IMG/VR virus record: IMGVR_UViG_3300020214_000011
Strand: one strand, 5' to 3'
DNA: 64,000 nt
Source of the DNA: an uncultured virus (IMG/VR IMGVR_UViG_3300020214_000011)
Taxonomy: Duplodnaviria > Heunggongvirae > Uroviricota > Caudoviricetes
Shown here: positions 20,300 through 29,000 of the stretch, one piece after another
Numbering within the stretch: position 1 is the first letter of the stretch
Layout: every line of letters starts with the position of its first letter
Notes under the pieces: generated by a model
Database searches by the model: none
What the model was told of the DNA's origin: nothing
What the model saw: the letters and a program-made list of their open reading frames with translations, nothing else
Position numbers and translations under genes: made by a program

Positions 20300-23050
20300 A
20301 TGACTCGTAGAAAGATAGGTTTTGGGCGCAGGGGTCGCGACTCGTTCGTCGACGACAAGACCGACGTCGCCCTGTCGTCCGTGACGCAGCTGGCGGAGAC
20401 CTTGAGGACGAAGGTCATGCGACCCATCGGCGCCGGGCTCCTCCCCCCGCCCCACCTGGTGAGGAACGCCGACTCGGACCCCTACATCTACGAGGGGATC
20501 CCGTGGATCAACAGGGGCCGCGGGATAATCGACCCGACGCCAGGCAACGTGCAACCACTCAACAGAAGGCTGAGAAGGGAGGCGCAGGCAAACCTCGGAA
20601 CCCCGGCGCGAATCGTCGCGATGCGACCAAGTCCCATGGTCACCATGAGCCACGCGGACGGGCCCGTGGCGGCCATGGTCGATCCGAGAATTCTGTCTCG
20701 CCCAGAGAACATCATCCCGATCGACGAATTCTCGGGGCCGATGCAGGAGATTGAAACCCGCGTCGACGCGATTCTCGGGCCCAAACCGGCGACGCTCAAG
20801 GAGGCGACGGACAACCTCAAGAAATTGGAGAACATCGTCAATTCGGGGGTCGCCAACGGCAACAACTTCCTGCTTGACCTCCCGTATTTTGCGGCGCAAA
20901 TGCAACCAGGGTTGGCTCGGGTCAGCCCCAGGTTTGCCGGGCCGGCCACGCCGATGTCCAGTTACGACTACGGGTTGTACTACGGGATTGCGGTCAACCT
21001 GATCGATTATCCCGAGGCCTTCAGGGATGTTCATTTGACGATCACGACGATCAACAATCCCGACGAGCAAACCCCAGAAACAATTGGGGCGAACACGGCG
21101 TCCCCGCCGTCCTACTTCAAGATTTCCCCGAAATCCGAGTCCAGGAGGGAAGTTCCGGGAGGAACGCCCATGATGCTCCTGAGTCAGGTCAGGGCGGACA
21201 CCGGTGTCAACGACATGTCGGGAGCCAAAATTCACCCAACCGGAGGGAAAGCCACCACCGGCGCGCGCCTGCCGCAAATCGTTTCCTTTCCCACATACAA
21301 GAGCGACGGCCAGAAGGCAACCAAATTGATGTACGGCCAACAAGCCATCCACGAACTTGAAATTCCGGAAGATTACATTGAGAAATTGGAGCAAAATCTG
21401 GCTTTTTGGGAAAAGGTCCTTGCGGCGACGGGGGTGGCGCGACAATCGCTCATCGACTCCACGGTCTCGTCCGTGGCGCTGGGTTATTTGCAGGAAATGC
21501 AAAACCTGCAAGGGAAAATATCGCAACTCAAAGACATGACGTCCCAAACGCCCCATCCGAACGCCCTGCAGTCGGTCCGGGCGCTGGAACAGAGAATGTC
21601 GGAACTCTACTCCGAGTCCCAAAAAGCGGTCGCGATGGTGACGGCGATGCACGAAATGGGCCACGTGCTCGACTATGTGGGCGAGTACAGAAGCTCCCCG
21701 GACTATTTGAACGCAATCGCCCAGACGTCCAGTGGCTTGAACAGCCAGTACGAGATGGATCGCGACTTGGGCGTCGCCCAAGCAATTGCACAGGGTTTGG
21801 ACCACCCCATAAAGGCGGACCTAGCGGAAAATCTGTCAAGGAAGTTCGTCAAGGAAAAACTCCTGCAAATGATTGGGATCATATCCAGGAGGAAATCATT
21901 GCCGCAGGTGCGGGCGATGGCGCAGGTCGTCGGAGACGGGCTCATGGCGATGGATGCCTCCCTGAAGGGCATGCTCCGCAAGCGGGCTTCCCCGGCCGAC
22001 ACCGAATCCGACGTCAAAATTGTCACTCGCGTTTGGTACGACATCCTCGCCCGCGAAGTGGGCGACATCAACAGTAGAATTATGCCGGGAACGCTGATCG
22101 CGCCGCTTGTCAACTCGCAAGTTATTGAGCCCAGGCTGGTGTCCGATCCAGCGAAATTGACGAAGATGGCCGAACAGGCCATAAGCCAGATCAGGAAAAT
22201 AGGGGAGGACAGCATCGCCGCGTTCGCCGACCCCGGGGCCAGAGAGCAGTACGACTTCTACGTTGAATCCATAGATGCCCTCATCAAGGCGGCGGAGGAA
22301 AGAATCAGTCTCTTTCCTCGTCCCCAACAACGTGCGATCGCACTGGCGGTGACGGCGATAGCGGCCCACAACAGCTACCTGGAAGGGTTCAAAGCCTTCA
22401 TGCTCAACACGAGCCAGGAGATGAATGATCTAGCGCAGGAAGAACAAGCTCTCGCGTATCTAGCCCCCTGGTTCGGGAACAACGTTACCCAGGAGGACAT
22501 GGACCAGGCAGTCCTCAACAACGGCAGGAAGATCATGACCGATTTGTTGACCGTCAACCCCGCGATGGTCCGGGAGTTCATGGAGATCTACGGACGCAAC
22601 GAAGGCAAACCGTGGTTTGACGGCGCCGGAGCGTTTGATGCGACCGAGTACCTGAAGGACATCCTGGGGGGTGGGCCAAACAACCTGAAGGGCATAACTT
22701 TTGCCGAGCTGGTGATGGTGATAAACCAATGGCACGGAACCCAAGGAACCAACGGTTGGAAGAATCTCACCGACAAGGAGATAGGGCTCATTCGGTCCGC
22801 CGTTGACAAACTCACCGAATACGGCGGTCCGGCGGATTACGATTTCGTGATTCCTTTGCCAAAGTTCCAAATGTCAACCAACAAGGAAACCTACGCCGAG
22901 CTGCATCCGATGATCCTGATGAGAATGGAGCGAATGTTGCAAAGGCTCACCGCCGAGGAGAGGCGAGCGGTGGAGCGTCTGTACGAAGAGATGATCGCAA
23001 GGGCCAGAGCCGTCATAAACCGCACCAACCAGGGAGGCACAACGCCATGA
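20300..23050 (+). CDS. Large protein C (916 aa) with the shared N-terminal motif and an HExxH zincin-like motif
   Basis: PPPHLVRNADSDPYIYEGIPWINRGRGIIDPTPG; MHEMGHVLD near 21650; distal ETYAE. Confidence 0.7.
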   Translation: MTRRKIGFGRRGRDSFVDDKTDVALSSVTQLAETLRTKVMRPIGAGLLPPPHLVRNADSDPYIYEGIPWINRGRGIIDPTPGNVQPLNRRLRREAQANLGTPARIVAMRPSPMVTMSHADGPVAAMVDPRILSRPENIIPIDEFSGPMQEIETRVDAILGPKPATLKEATDNLKKLENIVNSGVANGNNFLLDLPYFAAQMQPGLARVSPRFAGPATPMSSYDYGLYYGIAVNLIDYPEAFRDVHLTITTINNPDEQTPETIGANTASPPSYFKISPKSESRREVPGGTPMMLLSQVRADTGVNDMSGAKIHPTGGKATTGARLPQIVSFPTYKSDGQKATKLMYGQQAIHELEIPEDYIEKLEQNLAFWEKVLAATGVARQSLIDSTVSSVALGYLQEMQNLQGKISQLKDMTSQTPHPNALQSVRALEQRMSELYSESQKAVAMVTAMHEMGHVLDYVGEYRSSPDYLNAIAQTSSGLNSQYEMDRDLGVAQAIAQGLDHPIKADLAENLSRKFVKEKLLQMIGIISRRKSLPQVRAMAQVVGDGLMAMDASLKGMLRKRASPADTESDVKIVTRVWYDILAREVGDINSRIMPGTLIAPLVNSQVIEPRLVSDPAKLTKMAEQAISQIRKIGEDSIAAFADPGAREQYDFYVESIDALIKAAEERISLFPRPQQRAIALAVTAIAAHNSYLEGFKAFMLNTSQEMNDLAQEEQALAYLAPWFGNNVTQEDMDQAVLNNGRKIMTDLLTVNPAMVREFMEIYGRNEGKPWFDGAGAFDATEYLKDILGGGPNNLKGITFAELVMVINQWHGTQGTNGWKNLTDKEIGLIRSAVDKLTEYGGPADYDFVIPLPKFQMSTNKETYAELHPMILMRMERMLQRLTAEERRAVERLYEEMIARARAVINRTNQGGTTP

Positions 23051-23415
23051 ACGACGAGGAATTTATCAAAATAAGACGGGAAATAGAGTCGATGACCAAA
23101 GACGATATCCACACCAAATTCAATTTGCCCAGAGAGATGGACTTGAGCGAGTTGCCGATGATAGACGCGACCGCGGACAGGTTCTTCCCACCACGCGTCC
23201 ATCCGTTGGCGAAACAGATGGTTGCACGCCTACTGGACCATTCGATTCAAAATGGAGATAGTCCGTTGCAAACAAGGATAACTATGTCAATTGCTGTACC
23301 GATTATCGCAAAAGCGTTCGCGGGCGGAAACGAGGCGACCTCGGTCGACCTCGAGATTGACGAGCTTGAGCGAATCGGCGACAAAATACGGAGGTTGATC
23401 GACGATGAAAACTGA
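23047..23415 (+). CDS. Acidic hypothetical protein (122 aa)
   Basis: ATGA overlap with protein C; GGGAGG RBS. Confidence 0.65.
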   Translation: MNDEEFIKIRREIESMTKDDIHTKFNLPREMDLSELPMIDATADRFFPPRVHPLAKQMVARLLDHSIQNGDSPLQTRITMSIAVPIIAKAFAGGNEATSVDLEIDELERIGDKIRRLIDDEN

Positions 23416-23980
23416 TGACACGGGAGTGAAGGCGGATCCGCTTGGCGGCCTGCTGCCGCAGGAGGTCGTCACCGGCGACATAATGCGCGGCTACGGCCCG
23501 CGGCGCGGGAACCTCGAGCGGTTGCTGCGCTACTGGAGACCGATAATGAAAAAGCCTGGCGGCTTCCGGAGATGCAGGGTGATCCTGGCGAACCACCCCG
23601 AGCTCTACCCGCTGAACAACATCTGCGCCTGGTTGCACCACGAGACGACGGGCCTCTGGCCCAACGAGGGTTGCCACCACCCGGGGATGAAGAACTGCAG
23701 GAGGAAGTTGCGCGGAGTGGTGAACGGGTCGCTGTGGAGCGACTCGGATTTTGACGACCGCATCAGGAAGCTGACGAGGAGGGTGACCAAGAAGAAGGAC
23801 CTTCGGTCCAGCGGTGGAATCGACGCGGCGCCACCGTACGAGCCGTTCGTCCCCGTCATCACCGACGACGACTGGGACCACGCCTGGAAGGTCATGGACG
23901 ACTTCGTGAAGATGGAGACGAAGTTCGTCGCATTCGTGTGCGACGACAACAACTGGGAGATGTTCGACTCGGATGTATGA
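23405..23980 (+). CDS. Head-morphogenesis-associated Cys/His domain protein (191 aa)
   Basis: L.RYW...PGGFRRC...L...CAWLHH..TG.WP resembles a small domain I recall from actinophage capsid-maturation proteins. Overlaps both neighbours. Confidence 0.5.
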   Translation: MKTDDTGVKADPLGGLLPQEVVTGDIMRGYGPRRGNLERLLRYWRPIMKKPGGFRRCRVILANHPELYPLNNICAWLHHETTGLWPNEGCHHPGMKNCRRKLRGVVNGSLWSDSDFDDRIRKLTRRVTKKKDLRSSGGIDAAPPYEPFVPVITDDDWDHAWKVMDDFVKMETKFVAFVCDDNNWEMFDSDV

Positions 23981-26066
23981 CCTTACGAAGGCGACCGAGT
24001 GCTGTCCCGGCAAGGAGACGGTGACCAGGACGATCCTGCCGTCCATCGCCGTCTCGAGGGACAGCGTCTACACCCTCCCGTTGTCCGTGGCGATGAGCAA
24101 GCAACATGCGGTCGACTTCAAGTGCTACCAGCTGGTCAAGGTCGGGCCCCACGCGGAGGTGTACGACCACAGAATCAAGTTCAAGGCCGGTCTCGTCAGG
24201 TCGGACAATCCCGCCGTGCGCGCGGCGCAGGCCGTCGCCGGATCGGTGATCCCGGGCAACCTCTCCAGCTTCAGGAGCCCCGGGCGCTCGGCGATGTGGT
24301 CGGCGCTCACGCCCGGGGGGAGTTCGCCGATCCCGAGGGCTGGTCCCAACCCCCTCGCCAGGGCCGCCGCCGTCGCGTTCCCGAAGCCCGACAGGGGGTT
24401 CCGTTGCCCGGAGGGATTCCAGTTCGGTGGGCAGTTCACCGACAAGTATTTCTCGACGTGTGGCAAGAAGCTATTCGTCCTCGCCGTGTCCATGCTGACG
24501 GGTGGCCCGCAGCAAATTCCTCTGAGGTCGCCGCGTCTCACGAGGGAGCTGAACATATCCGGCATCCCGCTCGTCCCGATAGGCAACGCGGGTCAGGTGT
24601 CGTTCACGAGGAGCCCCGACATAGAGATACCAAAGGTCGGCTCGACCAACTTTGGCTCGTACAAGCAGGCGATCAAGAACGTCGCCTCCGAGATGACCGA
24701 GAGCACGAAGCCCGTCGCCAGGCTGGTGAGGAGGGACGGCGTCGTGCTCACCCCGCTGGTATCCCCATCCGTCCTGAGGACCGTACCCGACAACAGGAAC
24801 ATGGAGGATGCCGCTTACATCTCCTACGTCGTGAAGCCGACGCAGATCGGTGGGCGGGAGCTGGGGATGTTCTCTAACAGCGGAATCAACTCGCTGGTGT
24901 ATGTGCTCCCCAACGGTGGGACGCTCACCCTGAGGAAGACGCGCAACCTGAGCAACGGTGAGAGACGCAAGCTCGGCAAGCTCGTGGCCGAGGCGGAGAG
25001 GATGCAGAATGGCTCAGACGCCGCCGCCAGGATCGAGCACATCGTTGCGGAGATGGACGGTCCGATCTCGTACGAGCAATCCTTCGGCGACCTGCGCGGG
25101 CCGAACGACATGATCACGATAATCGATCCCAAGACGAAAAGGCAGCGACAGATACGGCGCTGGTACAGGGACGCATTCATGCTCGACAAGGCCCCCAGCC
25201 AGACCTCCTCCCGTACAACGCAGATAGAGGACGAGGCCGGGATGGTCGAAGACCTCAGCTCCGCCATAGGCATGCTGAACCAGGGCGGCCAGATCGGCAA
25301 CATATCCCCAGAGTTGCGAATCCCCGCGATGGACATGAGCAGGGTCGCCGAGAGCAGGCGCCTGAACAACCGCACGACCAACTACAGGATCGGGGACGAG
25401 ACATTCATCGCCGTCACTCCCACCGTCGCCAACGAGCACATCGGGGTGATGGTCGCCGCCGAGGTCCAGTCGCAGCTCGGGGCCCTGTCGCCGGAGGTGT
25501 GGTTCGCCGGGTCCGGATCGCGCAGGCCGTACATCATCTCCTACCCAGACGACTCCGAGTCGCTGGGACGGTTCGCCAGGAGCACCGGCATGGACCTTGC
25601 CGACCCCGAGGACATGGTGAGGTTGATGATCGCCGACGTGCTCACGGACGTTCGCGATCGCAACCCGTCAAACCTCTTCACGGTCGGCGACACTTTGCGG
25701 AAGAGGACCTTCGCCGGACCTGTCGCATCCTCCGGTGGGGCTGGCCTGACGCGCGACGAGCTTGGCAGGAGGGTGAACGCCCCGAAACTGGTGGTGCTGA
25801 ACGAGATCGAGAACTCGATGTACCGGGATTTCTTCATGCGGCTGCGAAAGGAGCAGAGGAGGCGCGCGGAGGCGCTGCTCGAGGAGTTGCTTGAGCGGGC
25901 GAGGAGATTCGATATGGGAGAATTCTTCAGGCGCATGGCGATAGACGGAAGGCTCTCGGAGGCTGAGCGCAGGCACATGGACATAGTCAAGGCAATATAC
26001 GAGAACAGGGTGAGGATCCTCTCCGGCTCCCTCAAGTTCGTGAGGAACGTAATAAATGGAATCTGA
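23973..26066 (+). CDS. Protein D (697 aa) with an RCPxG..GGQFTD Cys motif and a C-terminal HipA/PI3K-like kinase-fold domain
   Basis: FRCPEGFQFGGQFTDKYFSTC; DEAGM with ATG at 25242; IADVLTDVRDRNPSNL resembles the D.l....DRhxxN catalytic loop. Confidence 0.55.
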   Translation: MYDLTKATECCPGKETVTRTILPSIAVSRDSVYTLPLSVAMSKQHAVDFKCYQLVKVGPHAEVYDHRIKFKAGLVRSDNPAVRAAQAVAGSVIPGNLSSFRSPGRSAMWSALTPGGSSPIPRAGPNPLARAAAVAFPKPDRGFRCPEGFQFGGQFTDKYFSTCGKKLFVLAVSMLTGGPQQIPLRSPRLTRELNISGIPLVPIGNAGQVSFTRSPDIEIPKVGSTNFGSYKQAIKNVASEMTESTKPVARLVRRDGVVLTPLVSPSVLRTVPDNRNMEDAAYISYVVKPTQIGGRELGMFSNSGINSLVYVLPNGGTLTLRKTRNLSNGERRKLGKLVAEAERMQNGSDAAARIEHIVAEMDGPISYEQSFGDLRGPNDMITIIDPKTKRQRQIRRWYRDAFMLDKAPSQTSSRTTQIEDEAGMVEDLSSAIGMLNQGGQIGNISPELRIPAMDMSRVAESRRLNNRTTNYRIGDETFIAVTPTVANEHIGVMVAAEVQSQLGALSPEVWFAGSGSRRPYIISYPDDSESLGRFARSTGMDLADPEDMVRLMIADVLTDVRDRNPSNLFTVGDTLRKRTFAGPVASSGGAGLTRDELGRRVNAPKLVVLNEIENSMYRDFFMRLRKEQRRRAEALLEELLERARRFDMGEFFRRMAIDGRLSEAERRHMDIVKAIYENRVRILSGSLKFVRNVINGI

Positions 26067-29000
26067 GACCTTCTTCTCCACGATCACCGACTCGGCGACC
26101 AACACGACGTTCGCCGTCGTCGTCGTCGACGGGGGGAGGGTCACCGCGCACGGGTCCATGAAGCAGGGCAAGGACTGGGCGGACTGGGTGAACCGGGGCA
26201 AGAAGTCGTTGGACCAGGTCTCATTGTCTCTGGATCCCTCGTTGCGCATGTCGAAGTTCGTCCCGTTGACGAGGGATAACCTGATGTCGAGGTACTCGTC
26301 CTTCGGCCCGACCACCGTCAAGGGGCTGGCCAGCATCATAGAGAGCAAGTCCGTCCCCGAGCCCCTCGCGACGAAGTCCGGAAAGCAGGACGCCAAGGCG
26401 GCGGAGGTCAACGAGGAGAAGGCTCCGTCGACGGAGCCGGAAAACGAGCCGGAATCCGAGCCGATAGCGACGTGGCTGCTCGCCGACGTCGGGATAAGCA
26501 TGTTCGACGTCCAGATCAAGGCGGAGGCAATCAACTTCAAGGCGAGGCAATTCGCGAGGAACATGGACTTCGCCTCTTTCGTGACCTGCGTCAAGGGGTC
26601 GAGGGCGACCGTCTCCGAAGGTCGTTGGAGGACCATGCCCGTGGTCGGCCGGCAGGTGTCGGACGTTCTCAACAAGTTCGACAGGAAGATCAAGACGGGC
26701 GCTTTCGCGCATCTCGACAAGCAGGGGTACTTCGAGAAGTTGCTACCGATAGGTATGGCAAACCTGCCCCCGCCGCACCTCGTGCGGAACGCTGACTCCG
26801 ACCCGTTCATATACGAGGGAATTCCGTACATAAACGCCGGGAGGGGGATACTTGACCCCACTCCGCCGGGGACCAATCAGGTCGTTCGCGGCATCAGGTC
26901 CGTCGGCGGGGTTCTCGCAGAGATAGTGGACAAGCCGTCGAGGGTCAGAAGAATGACGAGGCGCGAAGACGAGGCGGACCGCCTGAGGTCCATCACCGCG
27001 ACGACGAACGACCTCAACCGGATAATCCCCGACGCGCGGAGCGAGGCGACAGGGCAGAGCAGGCTCAGGAGGAGGTTGTCGGCGCTCACGGACGCAATAG
27101 AGCCGGCGAACGTCTCGCCGTTACGGCTTGATCGCCCGGCGACGAGCAGGGAGAGAAGGAGGGTGCTCGAAGGTCAGGCCCGCATCGCCACGCAGGAAAA
27201 CCGAACCAGGCGCAATTTCGCGGCCGACGCAGAGGCCGCGATGAGGAATGAGAGGGGTGACTCCCCGGAGACGCCCTCGGTGGTCAGGGCTGCTGAGCAA
27301 AGGACGCCGGGCGAGGTTGTGCCCAGCTCGGGTGACCCGACGCGCGGCGAGAGGGGGAGCGACCCGGGCGGGAGCGGGGGCGGCCTTCTCAACAGACTCT
27401 CCAGGCGATTCTCCAGAATCTCCAATCGGATCGCCACCGGCGAAGACAAGACGCCAGAGCCAGACTTCGACGACAGGACCGAGATACCGTCCGCGCCAGT
27501 CGAGACGCCGCGCGTGGTGTCGGAGGACCCGTGGGTCATGGACAGGGACACGAGGGAACGCTTGCTCGCGGCGTTGGTCAAGGCCGTTCAGCCGGGCACG
27601 TACGCGACGTTCAGCTCCAGATTCGGGGAGGACGAGGTGGACTGGCCGGATTTCACGCCGTCCGAGCAGTCGGCGCTCCTGCGCGAGCTTGGGTATCGCC
27701 GCGACGAATTGCTCAGCAACGTAGCGGAACTAATGACTCCCGAGTTTTCGGCGGACAAGGACTACAGAAGCGACGGGGTTGTCACCCCGGAATCGGTGAT
27801 GGAAGCCATCGCGAACGATTTCGTGTCGTTGAGGCCGGGTGGGGTGAACCTGTACGCCGACGTGATGTCTCTCGTGGCGATCAACGACATGCTCTCCTCG
27901 AAGGACTTCGAAACAGAAGCAAGGGCGTCCGCGTGGAGGATGATCGACAACAGGAACAGGAGCGTCGTGTCCAAGAGAGCGGACATTCAGCGCAGGGACG
28001 TCAGGGATGCGGGCTCGACGAGAATTCAGGGATCAATCGGGGAGAGGACCGTCATAGCGGGGGAACCGCCGAAACAACCGTCTCCAATCAGGCCAATGCT
28101 CTCCCTCAGCAAACTCCAGCCGATGAGGCTCAGGTACCAGCCGGAGAAGCCGGCCGGGATGAAAGAACTGTCCGAGTACTCCGATGTGGAGCGAGAGGCG
28201 ATACTGAGAAGCGCCATAGAGATGAGGGGCAACATCGTTGACTTCCTGCGCCAGAACTTGGGCATCCCGGCTGACACGGAGTTGACCGAGGACATGCTGG
28301 CGGATTGGATGTCAAGGCTGGACGAGCAGACCGCTAAGCGGGTCGGCATGTACGCACACAACCTGATCGTCCTTGACGGCATGATACCCCTGGTCATCGG
28401 CTCCGACAAAAATAACGCAGATGTTCAGTGGTCAAGTCTCACCGAACCGGCGAGGAACAGGATCCTCTCGAATGCGAACGTGGGGCTGGTGCCGCAGGTT
28501 CCCAAGACGAACGTCCGCAAGACCAGAACGCGGCCGCCGAAGCCGCCATCCGCACCGCAGACCAGTGCGACGCCGTCACCAGATGCTCCGACAACAGTGC
28601 CCGGCGTGTCCGTGCCGATCGGTATGTCAACCGCACCAGGGAAGCTTGACGCCTACAAGGGCGACGTCGTCGGCGACTCACTCGACGTTCTGGATGTCAC
28701 GGACCAGGTCGTTACCTGGACCCTCGAGGACGGAACGCAGGAGACCAAACCGATCGCGTCCCTGGGCGCAAACAATCAGTACGACCTAACCAACGCGATC
28801 ATTCAGGACGGCATCACCTACGTGATGGAAAGAAACCTCGGCATCTACAGGGACCCGGCGTCCGGGCTGTACCTGACCGACTACTCGAGGGTTCCGATAT
28901 CGGTGGACACGACGATAACGCCCGCGTCGAGGCTGCTACCGGTGCAGAAATCAAGGAACATGCCGGTGCGAAGCTATCCGCAGATCACCCTGAGGGAGGC

